64,000 bases of DNA from an uncultured delta proteobacterium (GCA_963771465.1 CAVYTU010000009.1:32001-96000); one strand, 5' to 3'. Numbered from the stretch's first letter, positions 41,688 to 51,955 are shown. Numbers and translations are program-made. Notes: generated from the sequence alone by a model not told the origin.

Positions 41688-41716
41688 TTTGTAACTTGGG
41701 TGCGGCCGATTGTCAA
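41688..41716 (-). promoter_or_regulatory. sigma70-type promoter of the pyr operon
   Basis: TTGACA-17-TACAAA; predicted +1 near 41681, just before the PyrR hairpin. Confidence 0.65.
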
Positions 41717-41889
41717 CGAATAGCGCGTAAAATTTTCGAAGGGCCAAAGTGTGTTGGCTGACCGGGTCGTCTCTGCCGCACGGATCTTACGAATGTTTTG
41801 ATAAAATGGTCTCGATCCGCAAAGAATCTGGCGTCTATAGCAAACGAATTCTAGCTCTCTCTCGCTAGCGTTGTTGCCGCGGCCAATTG

Positions 41890-42096
41890 TCAAGGCATTC
41901 GAACGTGTAGGCGAGCAGGATCAAGACGAGTGCGGAACGTGCGGTTACCCCGGATCACAATCCATGCGAGCCGGTAATTACAACGCAGGCATTGGCCGTT
42001 GACGGCTTGCGAGCGGGTGTTGCGTGCAGGTTCTCGCAGGATGATTCCTACGTGGCCGTTACACCGTGGGCAGGTGCGCGTTAAATAACGAACCAT
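41890..42096 (-). CDS. small zinc-ribbon protein (CPxC-x23-CxxC)
   Basis: MVRYLTRTCPRC...CLRCNYRL. Confidence 0.7.
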   Translation of the reverse strand: MVRYLTRTCPRCNGHVGIILREPARNTRSQAVNGQCLRCNYRLAWIVIRGNRTFRTRLDPARLHVRMP

Positions 42097-42140
42097 CAGC
42101 TTAACGCCTTGCGCATCCTGGCGATTTGAGTTTCTGATGG

Positions 42141-42302
42141 TCACTTGCCGCCCAAGATCAACCGCCATCCTCTCAGTTGGAAACCGCAGACGGCACAATA
42201 GGCCAATAGGGCAAGCTGTCGGCTTTGGGGTGAAGGTTGGCTTATGACGACGCCGAAGTAATCACGGCACTTAGGGCATTTGCGTGAAATGTACTTGGCC
42301 AT
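42141..42302 (-). CDS. small zinc-ribbon protein, tandem paralog (53 aa, below the ORF-track cutoff)
   Basis: MAKYISRKCPKCRDYFGVVISQPSPQSRQLALLAYCAVCGFQLRGWRLILGGK; Cys at 9/12/36/39 as in its neighbour. Confidence 0.72.
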   Translation of the reverse strand: MAKYISRKCPKCRDYFGVVISQPSPQSRQLALLAYCAVCGFQLRGWRLILGGK

Positions 42303-42596
42303 GGTGGGCGATATATCGCAGTGACCACCGGAGCGTCAACTTATGCTATTGGACTCTGGCGTCCCAGTCCAATCGCCAATGGGTTGAGGAGTTTGACTCT
42401 GGTCTAGCGGACGAAATAGGCTGCGGCCAGTCGCGAGATAGGCCGCCATGCCGCGCAGTGGACTTGCCCTCGCCACAGTTGGTACCGAGTTGGCAATAGA
42501 AATGTTCATGATGGGAAAGGGCTTTTGGAATAATGCTGTTACTTATAAAGGGTCGGTCAAATCACTAACAGCTTGTTTCGTCATAGGAGGTCAACC

Positions 42597-42884
42597 ATGT
42601 ACGCAGTGATACGTCGATATCAGTTCGATCCGAAATCGAGTGAAGAGATAAGTCGCCGCATTAGAGAGGGCTTCATCCCGCTCCTCCGTAAAACGCCCGG
42701 CTTTGTGACATATCATTGGCTGGATACGGGGAATGGTGTGGGGGCCTCAATGGGTGTCTTTGAAGATAAAGCTGGGACGGAGGAGTCGGTCCGCCTCGCA
42801 GCGGCCTTTGTCCAGCAACATTTGGCCGGGTTGCTGGGTAAGCCTGAGGTCATCACCCAGGGCGAAGTGAAGGCCCACGCATGA
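42597..42884 (+). CDS. ABM-like (dimeric alpha-beta barrel) small protein
   Basis: AGGAGG SD; MYAVIRRY...F.P.L...PGF..Y...FED....ES. Confidence 0.8.
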   Translation: MYAVIRRYQFDPKSSEEISRRIREGFIPLLRKTPGFVTYHWLDTGNGVGASMGVFEDKAGTEESVRLAAAFVQQHLAGLLGKPEVITQGEVKAHA

Positions 42885-42954
42885 CGTGAGACGATAGAGC
42901 AACCAAATAGCGAGCCGTGTCTTCTCGTAGATCGCAACTCAATTTGAGAAGAAC

Positions 42955-43016
42955 AAATGGGGACAGGTTGCTTTAGATTCCCGAGGTCCAAAAATCCAGC
43001 CTGATGTCCCTTTTTT
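42955..43016. repeat. REP-like inverted repeat (GGGGACAGG...CCTGATGTCCC)
   Basis: AAATGGGGACAGG ... CCTGATGTCCCTTTTTT. Confidence 0.45.
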
Positions 43017-43127
43017 AGCCCGCAACGGAGCTGCCGCTCGTCGTTTTCGCCCTCCGGCTAGGCGCAGATCCGGGGACGTGCGAGAGGCGAGACTCTTTTG
43101 GTCGGAGCGGCGTGCGAGACTGGGTCT

Positions 43128-43179
43128 GTCTAACAAGCCGTTGAAGCAGACGGGCGCGCTTAACGGCGGTACGTTAGGC
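43128..43179 (+). mobile_element. integron attC-like recombination site (solo)
   Basis: R'' GTCTAAC; inner arms GCCGTTGAAGC / GCTTAACGGC with extrahelical base; R' GTTAGGC. Confidence 0.7.
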
Positions 43180-43265
43180 GTCGGGACACTACACTCCGAC
43201 ATCGGCTGGACAGGATTAGCCGGTAGTCCATGTTAACCCAATGACTTCTTACGCAAGGACAAACG

Positions 43266-43560
43266 ATGAATGCTAGAGTTTTGTTGGCGACCGCCGCAGG
43301 AGCCGTAACGATATTATTCTTGGATATCTAATTTATGGGGTGTTGCTCGTGTCGTACTTGAACGAACACCTGGTTTAGTACGCGGGCTTGAATAAGGAAC
43401 CGACGCCAGATTTTGTTCCGCTCATTTTTTCAAATCTGGTTGTGGCTTTTCTGTTGGCCTACATCTTCGATACTTGGGCGAAAATCCGAACGGTTATTGG
43501 CGGGTTTAAAGGTGGAGCAATCATCATGTTTCTCATGGCAGCATTCGAACCTCCGTCACG
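43266..43560 (+). pseudogene. multi-TM membrane protein (DUF1761-like), broken
   Basis: MNARVLLATAAGAVT..GYLIYGVLL...V*YAGLNKEP...LLAYIF..WA.I.T..GG.KGGAI; frameshift, stop and 3' truncation; AT-richer than the core genes. Confidence 0.6.
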
Positions 43561-44550
43561 GTTCCTCGTGAACTTGATTTCGAGTCTCGTGAAGATTAGC
43601 GAGACCGACAACCAACAGCAAAAGCCAACAGAAAATCCGCGGCTCTCTCCCCTCTTCTCTGTGCATGAATGCTCGTGTTTTTCGATACAACTAGCACAAA
43701 ACAGGCACAGTAAATAATAATGGCAACGACCGGCGGACGCCCGTCCAAAAACTCTTTCGCTCAAAATCACGCCTACCGCTTGAATCGCTGGAATTTACTA
43801 CCCTACAATTTTTCAAAATATTTTGCCGTGGCCCAGGTTGTCGACTCGCATGTCACGCCGAATTGCAGAACTCTTGGAACACAGTCGAATGCTACGACAA
43901 GAGTCGTGCGCACTCGCCAACGCCTGGAAACCAATTCGGAACGGGCGAAAGAAGTAGTTGCGGCCGCAAAAGAGAAAATTGAGTTCATCCGAATGATTCT
44001 CCGCGAGCTAGCTTCAAAACGTCACCGTCAATCAAACTCTTGAACGATTTTCTAATGCGCCGAACGCCCAAAACACGGTCAAAAACGATTTCGTCGCCAC
44101 CGGCCAATCGCTGGCGCTGGCGAAGGGACGAGGCGGACGTGGCGTTAGTTGAGGGCCTCGATCTAGCGCGGCAAGTATATTCTGAAGGGCGGACAGGATC
44201 GCCAATCTCAATTTTTTTTGAATTTCCTTGAAACCGAGCTTCTCACGTACAGGCTTTGATAACTTTACCAAACAGCGCGCAAAACCCGACAATCGACCGA
44301 GATTCTTCTGTCGCCTCTTTACGGTCGAATTTCTCTTTCAACTCTTGGCATTGCCGATTCGCCGAGAATAAGGGAAATCGTATAAAGAAATCAGTAAAAC
44401 CCTGATAGTCGGCAAAGGTGAGTCTGTTAGAGATAGATAGGAGAAAAAGGTTGTTTAAATTAACGGATACTTCCACCGCTGTGCAACTCGCATCAAGCGG
44501 TAGGCGCAACGATCTCCGGCGAATGGGGATCAGAAAAGGACAGGAGAACG

Positions 44551-44958
44551 ATGAAGGTAAGATACCTAGGGAGGGGCGTTGGCCTCGCATCGGCCGCCTT
44601 GCTGGTCGCCCTTGGCACCGCCAGCGCTGACCAGTGGTTCGTGATGGGCGAGAAGCCGGTCAAGTCCACGGATCCAAACGCGGAGATCAAGGCTGAAGCG
44701 GGGAAGTTTTGGAAGGAAGACATCAAGAAGACGAAGGTCACGGTCGAGGGCGCTGACGTGGAGCTCACGAAGGTCGTCCTCCGCTGGAAGGGTCGTAAGG
44801 ACGACACCATCACGAATGTCGGAGTCGTGAAGTCGGGAGGATCAACGGCTGAGAAGGACGCTCCAGGACGCGAGGCGACCCTCACGTCGGTCGCGGTCCA
44901 GTACAAGATCCTCGATAATAAACCGACGGCCACCCTCAAAGTTTGGGGATACGACTGA
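44551..44958 (+). CDS. secreted beta-rich hypothetical protein
   Basis: AGGAG SD, signal peptide ending ASA, strong coding bias. Confidence 0.8.
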   Translation: MKVRYLGRGVGLASAALLVALGTASADQWFVMGEKPVKSTDPNAEIKAEAGKFWKEDIKKTKVTVEGADVELTKVVLRWKGRKDDTITNVGVVKSGGSTAEKDAPGREATLTSVAVQYKILDNKPTATLKVWGYD

Positions 44959-45246
44959 GCAGGGTGTAAACCACCGACCAGCGGACATGTAGCCGCGATC
45001 AACGCGCCGAAGGCGAGGCGATCAAGGCTCATGTTTGCTGGAGTCGAACACGGCCGCCGCGTTCACGTCCGACGGACATGGCTGGCGAGGCTTCGGGAGA
45101 ACGCAGACCGCGCGTGCGCGTTTGACTTATTGGGGCGCCCGCATGCTCAGCAAGCGGCATCCTTTTTTTTGACTGCAAATAGAGTTATGGTCCTATGACT
45201 GTGTTTTAGCTATCGCGATAAAGATCAGCATGACAGCGGTGACATT

Positions 45247-46869
45247 ATGCGGATTTTTCTTATCCATATACGCGACCCCCAGTTCTATGCTCTACCGGCG
45301 GCGACCCGCGCAAAGAACGGCAATATACGCGTGATGGGTTTCCCGCCGATCGGGATTATGTCGCTTTCCGCGGTGGTCAAACGCGCCGGGCACGAGTGCG
45401 TGATGTTTGATCAGGCCAATCCGGAGACACCGAATGAGGTCATTGTTGACGAGATTCGCAGACAACAACCCGACCTGGTCGGGTTGAGTTTTTTGAGCAC
45501 GACGAGTTACCCGTACGCCAAGATCCTCGCCCGTCAAATTCGCGCCGCCGATTCCCGTATCCGCTTGGCCTTTGGCGGCGTGTTTGCCACGTTGAACGCC
45601 GAACTCGTCAAGCAGCAGTGTCCAGAGGTGAATTTCGTCTGCCGCGGCGACGGCGAACAGCTGATCCTCGATTTGCTCGAAAGATTGGATGATCCTGACG
45701 ACGTCGCGGGTCTCACTTGGGAAAAAGATGGCCGCGCCGTTCACAACCCGAATCGTGCGCTGGATCGCGACCTTGATCAATGGCCGTTTCCGGACCGAGA
45801 GAGCCTACCTTTGGATTTTGTCGAGTCGATGCCCCTCGATGTGCCTGCGGTGCTGTCGATGGAGCGCTTCACCACGATGCAGACTTCGCGTGGATGTCCG
45901 TGGCCGTGCGTTTTTTGCGATATCCCGATCTTCAATGAAGGCAAGTGGCGCTCACGCAGCCCCCAGCACGTTGTCGACGAGTTCAAGCACTTGCAGTCGC
46001 TGGATTATGGCGCGGTCTATTTTGTCGACGATCATTTTCTCCTCCAACCGAAGCGTATCGAGGCGATCTGCAAGGGCATCAACGACAACGGAATCAACAT
46101 CCAATGGGGCTGCGAGGGTCGCGTGGATTCCACCGCGCAGCACCTTTTTCCAGCCATGGCGAAAGCCCATTGTCGCACGCTGATGTTCGGGATCGAGAGC
46201 GGCAGCCAGAAAGTACTCGATCGATTAAGGAAAGATCAAACGCTGGAGCAGGTCGAGGTAGCGGTCAACAGGGCCAAGCAAGCCGGAATCGAGATCGTTC
46301 ATGGTTTTTTTGTCGTCGGCAATCCAGACGAAACCGTCGAAGATATACGCGCGACGTTCGACTTTGCGGCCAAACTCCGGTTGGACACGTTCGGATTTAA
46401 CCGGCTGTGCGTTTACCGCGGTACGCCGCTGTGGAAGGAGTACGTGGGACGCGGCTTGGTCGACGATGCGAAGGACTGGTTCAAGTACTTTAAATGCTCG
46501 GAGATCGATCCGACCTGCCTGCCGGGTCCGGTAATCAACGCCGAACGTAGCGCCGGATTCCGCAAAATATTCCGCCACAAATTAACCCACTATCCGATGC
46601 AGACGCTTCGATTGCTGCGGCGCTTCATGCGTCACATGCCGCTTCGCGATGTCGTCTACCTCATTATTAAACCCTTCCTCGGACAAAAGCAGGGGCCGAC
46701 CAAGAACGAGATGCTTTCGCGTGCCGTCGAGCATCGCGCGCTCAAAGATGCGGCGGCGAAGTTCACGACGCTCCCCGATGAATTGCTAGCCGACGAGAAT
46801 CGGAGACCATTATCCAGAGATGTAGTCCATGCAGCGGAGCGAAGAATTCTAGGTGAGAGATCGATTTGA
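45247..46869 (+). CDS. cobalamin-binding radical SAM protein
   Basis: PPIG.MSLS..VK, FGGVFAT, RGDGE (B12 domain); TSRGCPWPCVFC; FGIESGS. Confidence 0.92.
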   Translation: MRIFLIHIRDPQFYALPAATRAKNGNIRVMGFPPIGIMSLSAVVKRAGHECVMFDQANPETPNEVIVDEIRRQQPDLVGLSFLSTTSYPYAKILARQIRAADSRIRLAFGGVFATLNAELVKQQCPEVNFVCRGDGEQLILDLLERLDDPDDVAGLTWEKDGRAVHNPNRALDRDLDQWPFPDRESLPLDFVESMPLDVPAVLSMERFTTMQTSRGCPWPCVFCDIPIFNEGKWRSRSPQHVVDEFKHLQSLDYGAVYFVDDHFLLQPKRIEAICKGINDNGINIQWGCEGRVDSTAQHLFPAMAKAHCRTLMFGIESGSQKVLDRLRKDQTLEQVEVAVNRAKQAGIEIVHGFFVVGNPDETVEDIRATFDFAAKLRLDTFGFNRLCVYRGTPLWKEYVGRGLVDDAKDWFKYFKCSEIDPTCLPGPVINAERSAGFRKIFRHKLTHYPMQTLRLLRRFMRHMPLRDVVYLIIKPFLGQKQGPTKNEMLSRAVEHRALKDAAAKFTTLPDELLADENRRPLSRDVVHAAERRILGERSI

Positions 46870-47134
46870 TCGGCCATCTGAAGGACAATCATTTGCCTCA
46901 CCCCTTTTGCTTGCTCAACGCACATCCAGCAGCCAGCGCAATCCAATCCCGCCAGCCACGAGGATTGCTGATTCTCGTAGCACACATAACCACTGAAAAA
47001 AACATTTTCCGACTTTGCCATTATTTTGCCAGAAGAAAAATCGGCAATAATTCGAATGCGGTCACGTCTGACAGAACGAATCGGGGCAAACTATAAAATC
47101 TCCGGCTATATCGACAATGCGATGAAAGCGCTTC

Positions 47135-47830
47135 TCACTGTGCGCGAAAGACGATCGGCCCAATAAAGGATTCGGCCGTCGAGTGGGTGTCATTCGAGTC
47201 GATCGAAATCGTAATGGCACCGGGATTATCGGGGAATTCGCCATAGATCTTCGCATAATCTTCGACGACGTTGCGACGTTCCGTAAGCCACTTACCGAGA
47301 TCTCGCGAGCCGGAACGCATCACCACAAACCTGACCGTCCCGGTCTTCTGGCTCTGCACAATCGTTGTGACCGGAGTCGTCGCGTCCCAGACATATCCAA
47401 TAATCCGCGAGCGAAGGAGTGCGGGAACCCGCGGCCATACGACGTAGAGTTGGGCTGCCATATCCGTGGTTTCTTTCCGCCGCAGGTCGCCGCCCGTCGG
47501 GAGAATGGTCGCCTTCCAGGTCCATTCCAGAATGGGGGTTTCTTTCAAGTTTACTTTGCCTGTGATGTCTCTTGCGATGGTCGAATGCTCGTCTCGACTC
47601 TCGAGGTGGATAACCCGCCTGCCGTCGCCTTGCTCGATCGTGAAATCGTACTCGGCACGCTGTCCAAAGGCTTCGCCCTTCCAGCCCGAAGGAATTCCTT
47701 TTCGGCTCACCGCCTGGGTCAACCAGTCCTCAATCACGACGACGCGATCGGCCCCCGCTGCCGTTAGAAGGAAAACCGCGGACAGCAAACCAACCCATTT
47801 ACTGGCGATCAGTAGGTCACCCTTATTCAT
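47135..47830 (-). CDS. DUF3047 domain secreted protein
   Basis: TPILEWTWK, D.AAQLYV.W, I.YVW, W.TERRNV.EDY..IYGE, DSNDT. Confidence 0.85.
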   Translation of the reverse strand: MNKGDLLIASKWVGLLSAVFLLTAAGADRVVVIEDWLTQAVSRKGIPSGWKGEAFGQRAEYDFTIEQGDGRRVIHLESRDEHSTIARDITGKVNLKETPILEWTWKATILPTGGDLRRKETTDMAAQLYVVWPRVPALLRSRIIGYVWDATTPVTTIVQSQKTGTVRFVVMRSGSRDLGKWLTERRNVVEDYAKIYGEFPDNPGAITISIDSNDTHSTAESFIGPIVFRAQ

Positions 47831-48100
47831 ATCGAACTGTCGAATTATCCACCACGGAGTGGCTTGCCGCACCTACTAGAAAGCATTTCGGCCCTATGAG
47901 CCGAATGGTCATTGGACCAAAGTCCAATAGATAGACTTGGAGAGTTCTTGATAGAAGCTCAATCATTGTTCAACGAACTTTAATTCCATGACAACGGGCA
48001 AGTGTCGCCGGAAGAAATCAATTGGAAAATTGGAATGGTGAAATAATGAATAGCGCGTATCAGCGAGTTTGTCATCACTAGCTGCCATAAAAGAGAATTA

Positions 48101-48605
48101 ATGATGTCGCCTGAGCACAGATACTTAAATTTCGCGTTGATTGTATCGGTGCTCTTTCTGATGTTTGCCCCAAACGCTGGGCCGAGACCGCGAAGGAACA
48201 ACTTCAAGGTAGCATGGATCGCGTCATCGAAGTTCTCCGGACCATCCGAAGCCCGGAAGATATTGAGGAGAAACAGGAATTCTCTGCGGAGATCCTTTTG
48301 GTCCGCTTTGATTTTGCGGCAATGGCAAGGATCGCTCGGGACTCGGTGGAATGATCTGAAGGGCAAGGAAGAAGAATTTGTATCGGTGTTCACTGACTTT
48401 GTCGAACACTCGTATATGAGCACACTCGGTTCTTACCGAGGTGAAAAAATAGTTTATGACCACGACCGGTCGGATGGAGAATCGGCGGAAGTCGACACGC
48501 GGGTTGTTGGCGGCGAGGGGAATCCGATCAAAATCGAATACAAGCCTCCATCTCACGGATGGACAGCGGATGGTCTACGATGCGGTTATCGATGACGTCA
48601 GCTGA
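48101..48605 (+). pseudogene. mlaC: MlaC/Ttg2D phospholipid-binding protein, frameshifted and truncated
   Basis: fragments FDFAAMAR..LG.RW, EF...F...VE.SY, IEYKL, VYD.VIDDVS* spread over three frames. Confidence 0.75.
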
Positions 48606-48768
48606 AAAAAGATGGGAAGTATGGCGAGGACAGAATCGAACTGCCGAGCGAGAATTCAGTCCTTTGCCGCACCGGGCGTCACCTGCGATTTTTTTTGTTG
48701 ATTATCGTCAAGGAATTTTGATAAATCGCGTGTGCATTATCCTGCTTTCGGCGCATAGAAAGGGCAAC

Positions 48769-49980
48769 ATGGGAATGAAATCGTCTCTCGTTCGTATTGG
48801 AAGCAGCCTGTTGATGCTTACAATTTTTTCTGGAACGGCGTCTTCGAGCGACACTAACAATCCAGAGTCGGTCAGTCTTGCAGTCACGAGTGCGTGCGAT
48901 TCTACGGATTGTGCTCAGGAACTTCAGCCATGCCAAGCCTTTTGTGCTTTGCTATTCAACCGAACTGCCGTCCAAAGGATGAGCCTTGCTCCGCGGCAGC
49001 TTGACTATTCAGTCACTGCCATTCCAAGAGTGAATCCAAGTAACACCCAGCTTGCGCCCAAGGAAGCACCGTGGTCGAAAGGGCCGACAAAAGACGGGTG
49101 GCCAATCCGTTACATGACAGCAGCCGCGGAAACAGCCGAGCCGAGCGGCTCCCAAAGCGCCACGCCGACGAGCGCCGAAAGACCACAACCGCACTGGTCG
49201 CATTTACCGATTTGGGGCGCCGAGGCCGAGGCCAAAGGCTATGGGATTCCGCTCCCGTTCGGAATAGGAGCCACTTTCTACGACGCGAAACAACCGGTCA
49301 ATGTCAGGGACCTTAAGTTGGGCATCGGTAGGGGCCCGACGGAGTCGGCCACGTTCGTAAAAGTCGGTCAGCCGATTGTCTCGTGGCAGCAGAACGTCTC
49401 GAGCAGATTCGATGTCTGGCTTTTGCCGTTTTTTAACTTATACGGCGTCTTCGGCTACACCAGGGGAAACACAAGAGGACGGGTGAGCGTTACCGGTCCG
49501 GTTTTCGGACTTTTAAACGAGGAGCTCCGGCTCTTTGCCGAATTCAACGGTCCCACTGTCGGTGGAGGCATGACCCTCGGGTTCGGCCATAAAATCACGG
49601 AGTGGCACGATCTGACCGCTTTCATCGTAGGCGACGTCAACCATACGGTGACATTCCTGTCCTTCAAAAATGAAAGTTTGATCGCTCACACAAAGCCTCA
49701 GGCGACGGTGGCCGCCCCAAGAGTCGGTTTGCGCGGTCAAGTGACGGAATCCATTAACGTCGGCATGTGGGTGGGCGGCATGTATCAACTGATCCAGGAA
49801 GAGGTCGTGGGTTCAGTTGCCGGTCGACAGCTTGAATTTATTATCAACCAGCGTGCAGCGTCTCCATGGAACACTCTGGTCGGTGGTCAGATCGAATTCG
49901 GTAAGCACTTCCACATCGTTATCGAAGGAGGTTTTGGAGATCGCTCATCGATTCTCACGGGAGCCACATTTCGGTTCTGA
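48769..49980 (+). CDS. putative outer-membrane beta-barrel protein
   Basis: LPIWG.EA...GY.IPLPFG, D.WLLPF.NLYG..G, alternating strands, C-terminal Phe; true start uncertain. Confidence 0.7.
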   Translation: MGMKSSLVRIGSSLLMLTIFSGTASSSDTNNPESVSLAVTSACDSTDCAQELQPCQAFCALLFNRTAVQRMSLAPRQLDYSVTAIPRVNPSNTQLAPKEAPWSKGPTKDGWPIRYMTAAAETAEPSGSQSATPTSAERPQPHWSHLPIWGAEAEAKGYGIPLPFGIGATFYDAKQPVNVRDLKLGIGRGPTESATFVKVGQPIVSWQQNVSSRFDVWLLPFFNLYGVFGYTRGNTRGRVSVTGPVFGLLNEELRLFAEFNGPTVGGGMTLGFGHKITEWHDLTAFIVGDVNHTVTFLSFKNESLIAHTKPQATVAAPRVGLRGQVTESINVGMWVGGMYQLIQEEVVGSVAGRQLEFIINQRAASPWNTLVGGQIEFGKHFHIVIEGGFGDRSSILTGATFRF

Positions 49981-50388
49981 CCGACTCATACGGCGAGACT
50001 CTAAATCGTAAAATACCTGCAGCTTGCTCTCGGGATTGAACTCAAAGAAGCTTCATTGATTTCGAATAAGAACCCGCCGTGGATGATGAAGGGCCCGGCC
50101 GCCAAGGACTCTTCCCGTGCCGGGCGATTTCCCGAAGCAACAGCAAGGCTGATACCGTTCTCAACAGTCATGCAGCGCGCCATTTATTCGACGTCTAAGG
50201 AAAGGTCGACACCTCTCAGCATGCATATCTCTTAGAGATGTCCTAAGTAAATTCTTAATAAATATCAGGGCGACCCTGATTAACAATCTCACAGCGGAAT
50301 TTCATAATAAAATTCTAAGGGACTGACTGACAATAGACGATCGCGGTGCCAATCTCTTGCGCCGTCCCTTAACCAGGAGAGGTGAAAC

Positions 50389-51002
50389 ATGAGGACAAGA
50401 TATCAGTGGGACAACAGCATGTTACCGATCCTCGGAATGGCGTTCCTTCTGACCGCGTGCAGCGCCACAGTCAACTGGGATTACCCTCGCAATCCGTCAA
50501 ATACTTTCGCAAATCCGGAAACCACCACCGTCGGTGCGCTGTTTCAGGAAGCGGCCGACAAACATCCGGGAGTATCCGGCTTCTCTCTTATTCGGCAAGG
50601 CGGTCAGGCGTTTATGGCTCGGCTGGCGATGGCCGACTTAGCCGAAAAGACCTTGGACGGGCAGTACTACATCTGGGATGGCGACACCACCGGCCTGATT
50701 TTGGCCGACCATCTGCTGCGCGCCGCGGACCGCGGCGTCCGTGTCGATCGCAGGCCCTCAACACCGAGATCGGCGTGATGATCGACAGTCCAGAGATTGC
50801 CAGCCAGGTGGCAGAGTTGATGGATGAAGGGGTCGCCCCCGGCAGCGCCTTTCACGTCACCCTCGACAAGAACGATAATCTGCTGTGGACCAATGAGTAT
50901 AAAGACTCAAAAGTCGTGTACGACACAGACCCCGACACAAACTTCTTTTATCGGTTTATCGTTAGCGTCATCGGCATGCTGCCGATTGAGGACCAGCTAT
51001 AG
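50389..51002 (+). pseudogene. phospholipase D / cardiolipin synthase ClsC-like lipoprotein with large internal deletion
   Basis: LTAC lipobox, AEKTLD.QYYIW..D.TG, AADRGVRV joined out of frame to RS..LNTE.G...LPIEDQL; both HKD motifs absent. Confidence 0.85.
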
Positions 51003-51373
51003 AGGAGGCTGAGGCGGTGGCTGGAATCTTTACCAAAGAGACGATGAACAATCTTGCCGCGACGCTTCTGCTTTAGAACGCATCGGCATGAGGACTGCGT
51101 ATTGAGGTTGTTTCAAGTCGTTGTGGCATTTGACACGTTATAAAAATGGCCGTTTATACGACTTCGGGCTCGTACATCTTCAGCCCTTATGGCTGGACTC
51201 AGGTATTTAGAAGCCCAAATTGGGTAAATCCCGATGTTCATACAAAGCGAAAGCGATAAGATTGCCAGCGTCGCGCGACAATCAGATGCCAAAGCGCGAG
51301 TTTCGGAATTGCGCTAAAACGCAATGAAATTGATCGTGGGACAACAAATCCAAATACAATTAAGGAGAAATAT

Positions 51374-51955
51374 ATGAAAACCTTCGGGATGATACTGACC
51401 GCGGTCATGCTGCTTGTGGGGCTAACATCCGTGACGATTGCGCAACAGAAAGACAGCGATGACAAGAGCGCAAAGCCTAGTCGAGTTACTGTAGGCGTGG
51501 TCAAATTGACCGGCACGGTTAAAGCCGTTGATCTTGAAAAGAAAACCGCCACCGTCGAAGGATCGGGTGGTCGAGTGGTCACAGTGGATGCGAAGAATGC
51601 GAGAAATCTGGACCAGGTCAAAATAGGGGACAAAGTGAATCTTACGTATACGCAGGAGCGCGCCGTGTTCGTAAGAAAAACCGACGAGCCACCCAGCGCA
51701 GCAGAGGCACGATCGGTGCAGCTAGCACCCAAGGGTGAAAAACCGGGCGGAGTCATTGTCCAGACGATCGAGCTGAGTGGCAGCGTAGAATCGGTCGATC
51801 CCCAGAAGCACCTGATTGTATTGAAGGGTCCTGCCGGCAACGTGAGAACCTTTACGGTCGACCCTGGCGTGAAGAATCTCAGTCAAATCAAGAAAGGCGA
51901 TCAGGTCGTTTTGAGATTCACTGAAAGCGTAGCCCTCAGCGTTGTGAAGCCCTGA
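51374..51955 (+). CDS. secreted protein with two tandem OB-fold-like repeats
   Basis: AAGGAG SD; G.V.AVD...NL.Q.K.GD.V repeated twice. Confidence 0.85.
   Translation: MKTFGMILTAVMLLVGLTSVTIAQQKDSDDKSAKPSRVTVGVVKLTGTVKAVDLEKKTATVEGSGGRVVTVDAKNARNLDQVKIGDKVNLTYTQERAVFVRKTDEPPSAAEARSVQLAPKGEKPGGVIVQTIELSGSVESVDPQKHLIVLKGPAGNVRTFTVDPGVKNLSQIKKGDQVVLRFTESVALSVVKP

Noticed and set aside
45041-45126. Possible second attC (GTCGAAC...GTTTGAC) after the secreted-protein gene
   Set aside because: R boxes deviate from consensus and the inner arms pair poorly; needs a covariance-model search.
51252-51267. Sigma54 -24/-12 match TGGCAATCTTATCGCT on the minus strand
   Set aside because: Points into a region with no minus-strand gene; likely a chance match.
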